64,000 nucleotides of DNA from Trichoplax adhaerens (GCF_000150275.1 NW_002060944.1:5274123-5338122), one strand, 5' to 3'; counted from the first letter of the stretch, positions 1-15,400 are shown. Numbers and translations are program-made. Notes: generated by a model not told the origin, from the sequence alone.

Positions 1-268
1 TGTCACTAAATAGTGTAACAGAGTTTAATATAGAATTGTTGCTAACTATTTTTATCGTTCTTAACAATCATAATTGAATTATTGCTATTCTATAGATACG
101 CCTATATCTTGAAACTTTTAATAGCTCCAAGCAGATATCTCTTATTAGAATTGAATTTATATTACGCAGAACGACAAGCACACTTTACTCTTGCAAAATA
201 GCGCGTAGCAGTGATATAGCATTTTTCGTTAATGAATACGTTTGACCTCCTTATCAGACACTATCCAG

Positions 269-2883
269 TTATGCGAATACCATTCGAGTCATTTTATTCT
301 GTGCGGCTTTTTCGTGCGCTTCAATTTTTTGAGCCATGGCAAATAATTTGTTATAGTATTCTCTTACTATTTCTTTTACTTTTGCCCCACCTGCTCTTTT
401 CATGTTATTTTCGTAAGCTTGAATTTTGTCAACCAAAGCCAAAATTTTCCTGTATTGCTCTTTTACTGCTTCCTTCACTTTTTCTTCTTTGTTTTGTGAG
501 CCTACTCCGTGAGCTATAATTTTCTTAGCCAAGGCAATTCTATTTTTATAGAATTCCTTTTCCATCTCTTCCTCTTTTGCTCTATCTTCTCTGCTCTGCA
601 TGTTTTCTTCATGAGATTTAATTTCTTTAGCCACATCAAATAATTTTTTGCAGTAGTTCTCTGTCATTTCTTTTTTTTTAGCCATATCTTCTCCGCTCTG
701 CTTACTATTTTCAGAAGCTTTAATTTCGTTAACCAAAGCAAGACAATTTTTGTAGTGTTCCTGTAGTATTTTTTTTGCTACATGATATCTATTCTGCGCG
801 TTTATTCCACGATTTTTAATTTTATGAGCTAAGTCAAATTTTTTTCTGTAGTGTTCCTTTATCATGTCCCTTATATTTGCCGTATCTTCTCTACTCTGTG
901 TGTCTTTCTCGCGGGCTTTAAGTTTCTGAACCTTGTTAAATAATTCTTTATGGTATTTCTTCACCATTTCTTTTCCATTTGCAGTATTTTCTCTGCTATT
1001 TCTGATGTTTCCAGAAATAACATCGATCATGGAAATATCGGCTCTACAATATGGTGCAGAATGATTATGATTTAATCCATAGAATTAAAATGAAGCAGCG
1101 TTTTTACTCGAATATCTGGATTTCCATTGGCTTGCAATGAATTAAATACAGACTTCAACAAGCTATATAACAAAAGATAGCCACTTTATCCGGTTTGTAT
1201 AAATCTTAATTCTACTAGACAAATACAAGATATAAGAGAATCTACCACAATTTAAATTTTGAAAGTGCAGTTTTTTCCATCTTACCCGACTGGATCAGTA
1301 GCTACAAGGCTATCTATCATATTTCCGGCATTCGGCATTAGTGGAAGCTTATTTTTCCGGTTATGATCATTATCATCGTCATCGTCATCATCTTTATCGC
1401 TATTAAATTAAGACATGTAGGTTTAAGGCTGATTTAACTGTCCATGGTATTAAAAAATATACGTAATACTCTTTAATGAATGATTTAGAAGGTGTAGTTT
1501 ACTATATTCATAAATGATTAATGGATTAAGAGAATTTTGAGAAAATTCTTTCTCGCAATTAATGACATTATATCAGTTATCAGAAATTTACGAAATTAGG
1601 CACTTTGCAAAATGCCTGAAATCCGAAGCTAGAAAGTCATCAATTCAACTACCGAACACAGATTAGTAATCTTATAGTGATTTTACTATCTATGGTCAAG
1701 ATACATCAAATTCCTAATTGTATCATCTACACTCTATCATTTCTTACATACATACTACAAGTCTGAACAGTGATATAAGGTTTGGCATGCGCATGCAAAT
1801 GATATTCTGCTGATATTACTTTTCCTGTTACTTTCATTTACTCATCTAATTGATTACATCAGAAACGACATATACGAATCGTTAACAAATCCGATATAAT
1901 AAATACGGATAAATATTATGACGAAATCTGTTTTTCCCCTACTGCCAATATTTATGGCTTATTGTGTCATTTTATGCGCAAGAAAGTTAGAAATTGGTAT
2001 AGAATTACGAATAGATGTCGTTATACATAACCTATTGTTTCATCTATGTTACATTGTTAATAAATTTAATGTAGCGATGCTATGAAGTAATTTAGTTAAT
2101 AGCTTAGTTAATTAAGTTAGCAAATTTGGCATTTCGATGGAATCATTTTTTTATCTATATGAATTATTTTAAATGCGTGTATTGCGTACAGTATATACTG
2201 CATAATTTAGAAATTTGACAGAGAATTACAAAACATACTGGGCATCTTTATGGACAATTTTTTCTAATATATTTTATGTACTTTATTAATTTGATATTAT
2301 AGTACTGCTAAATAGTTTTATTAGCTGTAAATTCTTTTTTCTTATTATTATAAGCTTCCTACAGTTTAAAAATATCGGTAAAATAGATCATAGTCTCCAT
2401 AGTTTCATGAAACTTTTTCCTAGTTGCTTTGACTATAACTTATTCTGCATAGTTAACAAATGTAGCATATTGATACTGATAGATATCATAAAGAAATGAT
2501 CTCTATGATTGTAGAAACACTTCTGTTTGTTACTAATTATTTTTGGGGCAAATTTTCCATTCATTTACATACCGTCTTGTAATTTCATCTCTCCTAGTCA
2601 TTTCTTTTAATGCTTTATCGACTAAAGTTTCAAGACTGATGTATTTCGTTGTGGCGGCGCTCGCCAATTCTATGATACGATAGAGGATGTAAAAAATACG
2701 ACTTCTTAGAAATTTAAATTACTTACTTTATCATCTTATTTATTATACATTAGATATAATTCAGTTTTCATCATAACGTTTTACGCTATGATAATCAAAA
2801 ATGAATAACAAGAACGATTTTTATCTACCTGCTTGAATGATAGTGATAGCGATCAGTAATGTAGCTAATTTCAGACAGCACAT
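269..2883 (-). CDS. Orphan secreted protein of 346 aa with a signal peptide, a poly-Asp segment and seven 32-34-aa helical repeats. Four exons: 2883-2829, 2669-2573, 1399-1286, 1043-269
   Basis: All three introns are GT-AG with compatible phases and join into the 253-aa ORF. The N-terminus MCCLKLATLLIAITIIQAELASA is hydrophobic and signal-peptide-like. It is followed by DKDDDDDDND and then repeats such as SREDTANIRDMIKEHYRKKFDLAHKIKNRGINAQ. Spliced length is 1041 nt with no internal stop. Confidence 0.85.
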
Positions 2884-2948
2884 TTTTTTACCTTCCAACT
2901 CTGAACGTTAAGAAAAGAAAAATGAGATCATCAGTTTTGAAATGTCCT

Positions 2949-2957
2949 TTTTTATAT
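2949..2957 (-). promoter_or_regulatory. TATA-box candidate for the secreted repeat gene
   Basis: The minus strand reads gccaTATAAAAAAgg about 70 nt upstream of the ATG at 2883. Confidence 0.45.
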
Positions 2958-5900
2958 GGCAAATTAATATAAATTTAATTAATTCCAGTTGAAGTATTGA
3001 CAAGCTATCGCATTTCTAAAATGCACTAGTGTAAATCCTTTATTTTATCAGATGGATACTATATTTAAATAAACTTTTACCAAATTATTAATATTCAATG
3101 AAGCTGGAAATAGCCTATCGAAGAAGTGAACTTTTTAATTGAATTATAAAAGCTGAATTCTAGCTTATAGCAGCCAATCAATAACGTTAAAATAAAGTAA
3201 CCGTATAATTAGCCAATTGTCATATCGTGCAATAAACTATCATAATATTGGATTAATCCGATGGGTAGAAGCCTGTGCCTGTCATACTAGATGAATAATT
3301 AATGTTGCTTATTTGGCGATCATTAATAGGTAAATGAAATGATAATGATCATTCCGGATTAGATTAATAATTTACTCGCTCAAGGGTTTTATTATTGGGC
3401 GATAATTAAGTATTAGCAGTATCGTTTCCAATTTTAGTTTAGATTACATCTGTTTATAGTAATGGCTCATTTATCTTTATTAAATGAAATTAAAGACATT
3501 GCCCATTATTTTATCCCTAATAATATCCTATTACCGATACTTTGATCAACATCTAAAGTTGGATCGTCATGATACTCTTTGGTGCCTGCGTCTAATTAAT
3601 CCTATGACAGTGGGCTTAGTCACTAGTAATACTATTGCCCAACTACGCCAAGAAATATAGAGCAATGATTGCCATTAAATGATTATTGAAATATCACACC
3701 ATAGATATGTTATATAAAAAGAAAATGCTTATTTACTGAATAATATATTAACTTTCAGTAAGTGCAAGCTACTGAATATCAAATTAGGGAATTAGATATA
3801 GGAATAGCCAGAATATTATGGTTGTATTAAGAATTATCAGAGTAAGCATAAACAACATGGGAAATAAATTGTGGACTTCAGCTGAGATATTGCTACTGAG
3901 CTATTCAGTAATAATATTTACTCCTGAATACATATAAATTCTTTCATTGTCTTGAATATAGACTTTTTTGTATTTTTAATCGTGGCTCGATTATCCGAAT
4001 TATCGCGTCCTATTTTGAAGACATGTAGTGATGTAAAATGGGAAGCTAGCGTAAATTTATAGTGAAAGTGGCTGTCAAAGCTGTTTATTTAGAATGATTA
4101 ACAAAGAAATTAACACTAAATATAACACTATATGTAGAAATTTAGTTTAGACAGCTGCTGAACATGAAGTAATGATATATTCATTTACGATGTAGATTAC
4201 TAAGTGGTAGGTTGATTCCTAGACAGGGAAATGTTTATTTTATGTACTTTGTAGACAAGTGAAAAAAGGTGCGATTGATAACGAAGGCGAAGGTAACTGT
4301 TATTGAATACAGGGTAAAAATTATTTATTTAACCTAGAGAATATACTGATAAAATATCTATTACATTCACAACAATTTCTATTTTCGTACGTTATGGACT
4401 TAAGTTGTAGATTTCGAGCGCAGATATGTAGTAGCTAATATTCACCTCAAAAGTGTCAGCATGTTTATTGAAATAAAAAAAATCCAAATCACTAGATCTA
4501 AAAGGCTTCAAGAATAAATAAAAAATCCGAATTTTTTTCTCAAGTTTACAACATTGTTTTACGTGGTGCTAAAGTAGTTAGAGTTCAAGTAGATTCTAGA
4601 ATGAAGTCAAAGTTTATAAATTAAAAAATTCTTTAAGCTAACGGCTAGGTAGACCAATTAGATGGCAAGAAGAATAACAAAATTATGAGTTCCAAAAGTT
4701 AATAGCATTACCTTAAGATCTTCTAGCAAATACAGTGCTGTATTAAGACTCAGGTAAATTTATATGAAGGCAGAGCTAATAAATAAAAAATGCTCCAAAA
4801 TAACCGTTTGTTGAATCGATAAGCTGTCATGGAAAGTAACAAAACATTCAATCTCTCAAATTTTACATAGGCGCTTTCGCATCCTTCTATAACTACAAGA
4901 ATTCGGTTGAGTTTTGTAATTAAGGCCGGGTTTTTAGATAAAAAGTACTTCAAACTAATGAATCTGCCAACGAATCTATATGAAAGAAAAACAATTTTAA
5001 TGTAGCTCAAGTTAATCTAATTGTAACTGTCATATTTGTGGATTGCATCAAAAATTTCCAACGGGTCTAGATAGAATATTTATCTGATAATCCATATCAT
5101 AAAAGATTGCCATATTAGATATGACTAACGCGTATGAGCACAAAAGCTTATAACAGATATAGATTGCTATTATTGTATAGCTGAATGAAACAGTGAAATA
5201 CAAAAGGGAAAGTTGTAGTAATAAAAATATTTACTACGGTATTTCTCAACACTTAAATTGCAAGGCTGTGGCGGAGTTGCGACAATTATAAATGCTGATC
5301 ATTCAGGTTTTAACTCTAAAAGATTATCCTTCTTCGTCTTCAGCTGATGACGAAAGCAGCTATTTTATTAAGATTAATTTCATAAAAAATGATTACCTGA
5401 TGTATATAGTATACTATTAAAGGTAATTTTGGTTCATAACCCAACAGATTAATATTGGATGAGTGTAAATACGCGTATCCGTAACTTTAAATTCTGCTAA
5501 CAACTAAGTCAACGCTACCATTATCAAAGATTACATTATAACGATATTTTATAGCTATTTTTTTCATAAATTCCCTACAGGCCTTATGATCGCAATGTAC
5601 CACTTAAATCCTTATACTTCAATGATATCAATTTATCAATATTATTATTATGTTACCATCCTCGGAAAATATTTATTATTACTTCTCTGTCTTAAACTAG
5701 CTTAATAGCTGAACAACCAAATAGTAATTTAATATCAGGATCTCTCAAATTTCTTCCATGACTTACTATTTTATTTTTCGCCAAGCTAATCAGTCTATAT
5801 AGATCACGTTCGCTTACACGGGTTATGCACACATATGCATATACAATTTCTTGAGTTATTGTATATCATCATAAATTCTCGTAACTTGCTATTGTATATG

Positions 5901-8399
5901 CGCATAAAATAAAGTATCAGTCTTCTGTTATCGCGATTTCTTTTATACATGTTCTTATGATTCAAATTATTGTAGCAGAAACAATCTGAAAATTGATATA
6001 TGACCTAATAGTAGTGCAATTCTTAGAGAAATACGAGATATCAAATTCTCATTAAGTTTAAAGATACATGGCACGGTTTACAATTTAGATTTTGTGTAAG
6101 CTACTAACTAACTCAATAGCCAATCTATTCATAATTTAGTGTCAATTTTCCGTTGACTTCTAGTATAATTTGCTATTTTTTTGCAGAGGAAAAGTATATC
6201 TCTAGTGATACTTTGCTGTACACATAACGTATAATTGCGTAATTTCGATTTAAGTCATATGATATCATAATGCGCGTGAGCTCCCATGATTCTACATCCG
6301 GATGTAATAAGGCTACTCATAACCAATATTTTTTAGGATTCCTACCATAACGTACTGTTACCTACTGTGACAGAAATAATTTGTTGCTTTAAAATACCGC
6401 TGATACACAGTGGTATAGTTTAAGAATAATGCAGTAAAGAGCACAGCTAAAGTGCAGATACCCGCTTTATCACCCTTATGGCGAGTTTTTTGTATGATTC
6501 AAAATCGATAAACCCAAAATTACCTAACTAGAAGTACCGGTATGCATTATGAAATTTGTATGATCAATTCATCGCATAAGCTTTAACTGCTCGACTGATA
6601 TCCATACGTATGCAAATGTTATAATTTGAGCTGAACTATTAATGCTGGATAGTACAATCTATTTAGTGGATCAAAAATACTATAGTTAACATATATTTTA
6701 ATTCGGGGAAGGACCAAGCTAGTAATGAGTGACGAAAATAATTCTTAACAGTATTAATTGATAATCGATTTATTACTGTATATCAGCTCTTGGTTCAATC
6801 TTCTAAGGCTCATTTTAGATTGCAGACGGTAATGTATATATATATAATAATATAATACACAATAGAACAAGTCTTTTTTCTATGAGCGAATGAAGGATTT
6901 CAGCATTAACTCGAATCAAAGCTTTCAAGCCATTCAGCTGATGCAGATATTTGAATAATGTGATGCACAATTGTACACGTAGTAAATTCTAGAATTCAAT
7001 TTATATGGTTCAAGTAACATTATTGCTACTATTGAATTTACTATATTTATGAGGACCACTGTACCATTAAAGGAGCTATTTATCCCAATATCAATACCTA
7101 TATATCTTTAGGTCTCACATCATAACAAATAGTGAAAATTTACGATTATCTATTATAAAATGGATATATAAATTATGAGTCAAGAAAGGGTGTCTTCCGG
7201 CATAACACAGGTGTCTACCTAGGCGTTTAGTAAATATAGTATCTAAAAATTGATGTAAGACGTTGTTGACAATACCTTTGTTTATCTATATTGATGTAGC
7301 ATATTTGAAGAGAATGTAAAACTGTCGTTATAGGCTACCTATCTATCGCAATAAACTATGGCAATATAGCTGGAATGATGATAAAAGTATAAGCTAGTTA
7401 GCGTACTGCACATAATAGCCGGATTTTATACCGACTACAGTAGATAAGGTAATTATATCTTGCTTTATGGCAAACGTGTTCATTATCCGTAAGTGAATAC
7501 ACTTAGATTTTTTGTTAGGATTCTTCCGTAAATTATTCTTATGTAATTGTCAAATTAAATAAGTTCATCAAAGAATAATTGAATCAAGTCATACGTTGTC
7601 GTAAACATGTTAAATCTAAACAACCGGCCTTAGATCCGATGGCATTAAAAATAAATCATTTAATTTATATTGTTTCTTCAAAGTAAGTTTCATTCTCATG
7701 ATAACATACCGGCTAGACAAAGAATACATGATATTGTTGCTCTTAGCAGATTGCTTACTATTTGTAGCACTAGATGAAATAATAATCATACGAACTGTAA
7801 ATGAGATACGTGTAAAGACAACTTTAATCAATCCATGGTATTGTTAAAAACAATATCTAATTCGTTCCTGCTCACTATATATCAATTTATTTTCGTGATC
7901 GGCATCAATGTGCGTTATATTAATACCGCTTGATAGGCTGTAAATCTCTCAAGAAAATAATAATATGGAATTCAATATTACCCATGAAGCAAGAAGTTAT
8001 AAACTTCACAATTATTTGTTTACCGCCTTTCTTTATGTACGATACACTTGAATATAACGAATGTCCTTATATTTAGGTTACACTATTAGATGCTCCAAAT
8101 ATAAAAATATGAAATGTTTACAAAATATTAACTATATAACTATTACAATAACACCGATAATCAGACAAGTTTGACGTCTAGAAACAAAGATAAAGTAGGT
8201 TGAATGGAGGCAGTAAGACTTATTTGTATATGAAAAGAATTGATAATGACTACGTAGCTATTGCTTTCATTCACATTACTTCTTATAATTAATTAACAAC
8301 TTTAAATTTATAGCATTATTCATACAAAATTACTTTTTATTGTGTGTTCAAATGCATCATTCATTCTTAGGTTCATTAATTAATATAATACGAAGAGTA

Positions 8400-9400
8400 G
8401 TGTGATCAAATTAATATTTATTAAATTCACAAGCTAGATGTTTCCCGTCAATAAACTAAATGGTAAACAATAATAAACTAGATGATGAATGGAATTACGT
8501 TTAATAAACGATATTCTACAATTGAAACAGAAATGCTAGACAGTATAATTCCTATTAATAAATCTAATGATGAATATGATACGGTTTAGTGACGAAAAAT
8601 TTTTCAAATAGAATAAATGATCAATTTAATTAAATTGAGATCGCTGGTTTGAAATTATCATATACTGTAAATTCCATCAATAGACCATATTTTGAATGCA
8701 ACTAAGCTTAATGAATAAAATTTTACGAATAATACAGGGCAATCAGATTAATTTAATTAGATTTGCAAGTCTGATAGTAGATTTCTCTCAATAAATCAGA
8801 TAATGAAAGCGATCAGTTTTAGCGATTGAAATTTATCGGCTACAGTATAGGAATGTTATATGGACAATACAATCGATCTTGGATGAAAATATTTACAAAC
8901 AGAACAGATCCATTAATTTAATTATGTTAAAAGTTTTAAACTTGATATCATGGTTTCCATTAATTAAGTCAAGTGATGAGTATGATTACGTCAGTTTATT
9001 TTTATATGTATAACAGTAATTTAATTAATTCAATTAAATTTGTAAGTTTGATAATATATTTCTATTGAGGGATAATGAATGTCATTTAACCTAATGAATG
9101 GAAGTTTACCGATTGCATGAAGATAATATGATCTATATGATTGGTTTAGGACTAGGAATTATATAAACGAGATAAAATGAACAAATTAATTGCTTTGAGC
9201 CTACAATTTAGATAGATAATTTCCATGAAATAAGTCGGATAATAATATAATGAATGAGGATGCGTTTAACGAATTAATCTTTATGAATAGATAGAGCGAT
9301 CAAATTAACTTCATTGAAGTTTTGCGTTAGATGGTGTAATTTTTATCAATAAACTCATTGCTGTGTACTGATGAATTAAATGAATGAATTTTACCGCTTG
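8400..9400. repeat. Highly degenerate tandem repeat (monomers ~115-165 bp, apparent ~280-bp dimer)
   Basis: Anchors of the type AATTTAATTARATT recur near 8623, 8750, 8914, 9027, 9183 and 9302, followed by TTTC..TCAATAAA and GATAATGAA motifs. The segments from 8750 and 9027 align by eye. Confidence 0.45.
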
Positions 9401-12400
9401 TAAGATTATTATGTAATGTGTATTATTGGCTTTGGATATATATTAAACACGCTATAACATGTATTGGAATTAATAATGTATCTCATTTGATATTAAAAAT
9501 GCAAAGCAGTAGGCAAGTTACTCTTATTTTATTCAAACGTCTCATCAGAATTTCACCATATTGCCCATTCAGTAAATATCTATCACGTGGAAATTACCAA
9601 TTCTACCAGAATGATAGATTCAATATTGCGAGTTGGTATACAGAAGATGCATTTATAACCCAGCTGTTCACAAGGTTTTAACAAATAAGAATTTATTATT
9701 AATTATAGAATGCAAGCATCCGCCATAATATATGCTCTTTTATTAAGCGATTAAAAAAGTGATAGAAAGACAATCTTTAATTTAAGGTAGTAGTGATAAT
9801 GATATCGCTTGCGATACAATTGAATCAATTTACACTAGCCAATTCAGTTAAAGATGTCAACAATTTATGCTATCGAGATAGAATAATATTACTAGAATAG
9901 TACATCCTGAGCGATTTCATTATACTAGACTAATTAATAGCTTTATCAAATGTGACCTTGACTTGATAAAATCAAATATTTTAACTCACTGTTTTCATCC
10001 TTGCAATTATATTGTTGCCCGCGTTTTCATTATACTTTCAACAGCTATCTAACTAGTAAGCTGACTGCAATTATAAAAATCTTAATTAAATAATATTATC
10101 CTAAATAACTTGATGCTACTATCTAGAAACCTTTGACTAAATTAATAATCGTTTTATTACTCATCGATGAATTACGAGTAGTTTCCTGTTCTTGATTGTT
10201 GGTTGTCAACGATTTAAACGGAAATTAGGTACTGTAGTAATAGTAGCGGTTGTTTCGATACTTTTCTATTATATTATTATGTAGGCAACTAATTCACTTT
10301 TATTATAATGTATTATTAAAGCTGAAAAATAAGATACTGAATTCTAAAATACTAGTTTTATAAATCATTAGTAGTTACCCTAACAATTTATTTTCGAAAG
10401 TTCTAATGCAAAGATAATCGTTTTTATTTTATCACTCATCAACTAGCAAATATATAATTACCGGTAGTATTTTTATATTATGAATATAGCTATTTAATTA
10501 TCATGAAATAGCTAATAACATCATCGTTTCGAATTTCTACCCCTCATATTCGTTTAGAACTAGAAGAATTTATTTATAATGAATCAGAAATGGTCCACTT
10601 TCTGATGCCTTTAGGTAGTTTAAGCGTAGAGCCTTATGTACCATAAATACTGCACAATCTCCATGGAGTAATGTAATAAATTACTTCAGACTCCTACGCT
10701 ATTCACATGAAAGAAATTATTTAAGGCCTGGTTCTAATACATAACGTTACAAATTAGGCTTATACATGACTAACTAAGAGGGTGAGTGGGTTGAGATAAA
10801 TCCGATTGATGAATCATTATTTCGATTGAAACCTTTCTAGCCTTAATACTTTCAGTGAGATATTATGCTAATTTCCATCGTCCTATTACAGTAAAGCTAA
10901 GTAGCAAACATTTTTGAATTCTTACTATAGTCGATGAAAAGATTGCATCATTTTTGTCGTGTAAAGTCAATAATGGAATTATGGACAATTGAACGAGGTA
11001 ATAATATATTAAACGCGTGCACAACAATGAATTCAGTTTTCTTATCAAATAAATAATATTCCATTATAGCGATAAAAATAACTGATCGGCAAGTATTACT
11101 GATTTATACTGCATAAATGCCTCTATTCAAACATATGCTTGCGATGACTACTGTCAGCCGCCCTCGCTGTTTGAAAATTACATCATGCTGTATTTACAGA
11201 AGATGTTGTAGTAGGGTAAAGTCCGATCGGTGTAGAACAGTTTCCTATTGAGCAACAAGACTAATTAATCAGTGATATTAGGTCTTTAAAGTATTGACTT
11301 TAAGTCCTACTTAGATCGACGACGATATGAAATAACAATGAAATCAGATGTCTTGATCTATCCAATACTGTAGATTGTTTCATTCCTAGCCGGTGATCAT
11401 GTATAACCCAATTTTGAATTATAACTAGATAATGTAATCCAAAATATTCTAGATATTTTACTTCGTTTATCAGCTGTACTAACTGGTTATTATATCAAAA
11501 ATTAACTTATTTTTACGTTTGTACATATTTTAATTGATTATTTCTAGCTCGTACGTACATAAACCAGTGCTAAGACATAGCTGGATTATTTATCGCAGCT
11601 TTTTCGAGCCATTTTGCATCACCTGTTCACTTTACTAATCAGCTATCACATCGAGAATTGAAGCTATATTTTTCCTAGTCGTATATTTCGTCCCTAGTTT
11701 CTTCGAAATTAATATAATTTAAAGAAATGGAACGAAGAGGATACAACTATTGTGACGCCATTTTCAATGAATATTTTCATAATAGGTATCATCACTAAGA
11801 TAAAAATTAATAATTTAATAAATAAAATTATTGCCAAGACGTGCACGTTACATTGTCTATTGATGAAGTAGCCCAAGGCAGCAATACGCTTGGTTAATAT
11901 TTTAAAAGTATTCCGTTTGTATTATTTAAGATTTGCCTTAGGGTATTGTCTATTGTTAGAGCAGAGCAATCAAATTTACCGATTTATTTCCTAGGCTGTA
12001 AGATAAACTTTATTTTTTACCTAATGTTACTTTTACTGGAATAAAACTATGAGCTTATAAATAGGCCCTTTTATTAATAATATACCTAATAACAATATAC
12101 TCCAACAGAAGTATTTACTAATTAAAATGCATAAGTATTTCCAGTCTGTTCTCTTTTAATTCTAATTAGTATCTATATAAAATGCTGTATCATAGAAAGG
12201 TTTCTAATGCTGGGCCCATGATATTTAATTAATTAATTCTTTACTGGAAAATTAATTGTAGAAATTTTCAATTATGATGCTCCTTTTTGGTGCTTCTATA
12301 GTACTCTAATTTTGTATAGAATATGTTTTAATACAAGACTTTATTGCTACATCTATAATATTTAATTAAGTAATTTCTTATTAGAAAGTAAAATTATTAT

Positions 12401-15400
12401 TTTTTTATCAATTATCAAAGTAAAATTATCATATTGGCATCCCAATTGGGTTGTTCATATTGCAGATTCAATTAAGATCTATTTTCATACTGATTGCCAT
12501 ATTGCGAAAGACTATTTTACCAGTTTTGCGATATCTAGCTGATTTAATTTTTTTGCTAGATAATAAATCATAGAAATGTCCATTAAGATATTTACTTTTG
12601 TGAATTCAGTTGTTACTTACTCCATATTTAATGCTGTAGTACTATAGAATTTTACTAGATGCTTAAGTAATCAATTTTGCTTGAAGTGGACTATGGAAAT
12701 ATTCAATTGGAGATGCCCATTTTCATTGTTTTGATGCAGTCATAACCGACTTTTGAACTACAGCAAACAGTCTTTACAGGAGAAGAATGAACATGAATTT
12801 TAAAGACAAGTAACAATATCCATTTAATAACGGAGAAAGACGACAGAGCATTATTGTGACTGTAGAATTAAATTCGAAGTCTGATTTTGCAACAACTACA
12901 TTTTATGGCAAAAATGATTCTTAAAGTTTTAGGGGGTATTTTCAAATTATCATACACCTCTAAGATAGTACATATTTATCTATTATAATAGTTGACAAAT
13001 ATGTAGAAGCAATACAAGAATTAGTAGATTTAAGTATAAGATATATAGTACAGTATCATTATTGCATGTGAAGTTAACATTCTGTAGCTGTAATCAATAC
13101 TATGTTAGCATATGTAATAGTACATAAACTGGGGGTAAATTGCAACTTATACAACGGACTAATAGAAGTATAATATTGTAGTTAGATTATAACTATTTTA
13201 CTCAGCTCTTGGACAAAATTAAGAAATATGTTATTCTCAATCGATTGCGTCTTGTATCATTTTTCAATTTGGTTAATATAAAATGATCTTTCTTTTATTA
13301 ATAACAGGATCTAGAATTGATCCCATTTCTGTGGCGATAATATCGACATCTTTAGAAGTAGCTGATTAGTTAACATTGCGGTTGCTGTGCAACCCAAGCT
13401 CGACGATGCATTGCTGCACAGTAAAACATTACATGCATACATTTGTTAATAAGTATCCTTCTTTCTATTATTGAGAGTTCTGGTAAAGATTCTGAAAAAG
13501 CATGCAGAATCACTATTCTATAAATTATTTTCTTTGCTGTAGTGCAAAGGAGTTGATTCTCATTTATTGTATGGTTAGTATTGCTTTGTAATCGTCTACT
13601 AGGAGAAGATGGCTTCCAGATTCAAAATGGTTAAAGGTACGAACTAAAACGTTACAGTAACAGTTTTTATGTAGCAGAAATGTATAGAAAGACCAACTAA
13701 TAAACCTTTTATGTTTCTGTCCAATTACTTAAATAAATAATTAGTCACTGAAAACATTAATGCCGTATGATTATTTACATATTTCAGATATTCCACGCCT
13801 ATTAGATAGCTGATTACAGACCACAAGAGCTGTCATTTGCTCCTGACGTAATATCTTTCACGCGGTAATTGAATTAGTAAAGAGCTGGAAGCCAAGTTTG
13901 CTATTGTAGAAAGCAGCGATTGTCCTTTAGAATAACTTTATACCTTTAATAAATATCGCCCTTGTTGTCATCGTACAATTACCTACTACGGATACATTAC
14001 TGATTATATGCACAAGTGAGGCATATTAATAAGGGGTTTATAGTATGATTGTTATTGTAGGCGAATGTAAGCAAATACAAGGATATCAATAAGCTAATAT
14101 TTTTTACTATTAGACAAGAATAGTAATACAAACCGCCCTCCAATAGGAAGCTATCACGCTTAAAAAAATACTTGATGGATTGTTACATCTCTAAATAAAA
14201 GCTGATAGTATCATCTTGTGATTATATCAGCGGCCTCGCTCAGATTGTTTAAGATAATGTAAATTGCTATACAAAGTGATGATTACATGCTAATTTTATT
14301 GCAGTATTTGACGATGATATACCTTAAACTATTGTAATTGAATTCAGAGAGCGAATAATCTTACTATGATAGGTAGATTGTAGATGAGTACAGCCATGCC
14401 GTAACCTTGATGTGCTAATCAGTTGGAATTCAACAGTATCGTACAGAAATAATGTATATTGGATAGGGCCAAATATTTTTGTCTGCTTCATGGAATATTT
14501 TCCAGTTTGAGCTGACGATTTACTAGCAAGAAGCGATGATGTTCATGTGCGAGTAGCTTGTATTGCATCTTGCAGATTGGATGATCTATGAGATAGTACT
14601 AATATCGTCGCTACGACATTGCAAGTGATTTGGTCTAAAACTTTGATATTGCACCCTGTCATTTCTTTCACATGTGTTCGAATCTTCAGCTGTATTATAT
14701 ATATGTTACGTCTACGCTACGGTGGTAAAAGTTAAGATTATTAGTTTATTACACTTGGTTTGTTTTAGTTCATGTCAATTTGCGGTCAAAGATCGCTAAG
14801 TATAGATATTTGTTTGCAAGTAAATATTTAAAATGGATGTATCATCCTCAGTAAACTTACCGCAGCTCTGTCGTACACAATAATACAAGTATATACAATG
14901 TAGAACTAGTTCGGACTATCGGACTGTAGCGTTTGCCGTTAACTGCACAGAATAGCTTTGGAGTGAGAGTATTGGAATAAAATCAAAGCGACTATTTATA
15001 ACAAGAAAAAATGTTTACCTATTTTGTATACTTGTACATGAGGATGCTAGCAGATGTTTGCGTTTTTATATTTTCGTATCCTAGACAATTCTACTCTACA
15101 GTACAATGATAAAAATAACAGCTTAAATTGCGCCATTTTTAGGGAGCTTATTTTCTAGCATAGAATTTTTCTAGTCTAATAGGAATTGATGTTGTCAAGA
15201 GTTATTACTTTATTCTTCTATCTACCATTATGGATTTGTCGATTTTGTGCATGACTTACTATAGGATAGATAATCTATACGCGTCCTTTCAACAATGTAC
15301 GAAGCGCATATTTCAGAGTAATTTCCATCTGCATATTTTCTACACTATACCTGGCTAATGTAGCATAGACTTCATTCTATGCAAATCACGATTGCACTGA

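Noticed and set aside
5333-5354. CTGATGA-C-GAAA hammerhead-like core within a 22-bp near-palindrome
   Set aside because: There is no stem II between CUGAUGA and GAAA, and no flanking stems I or III.
9953-9961. TCAAGGTCA (ERR/SF-1 extended half-site, minus strand) in the desert upstream of RXR
   Set aside because: A single 9-mer is roughly at chance expectation in 64 kb and has no supporting cluster.
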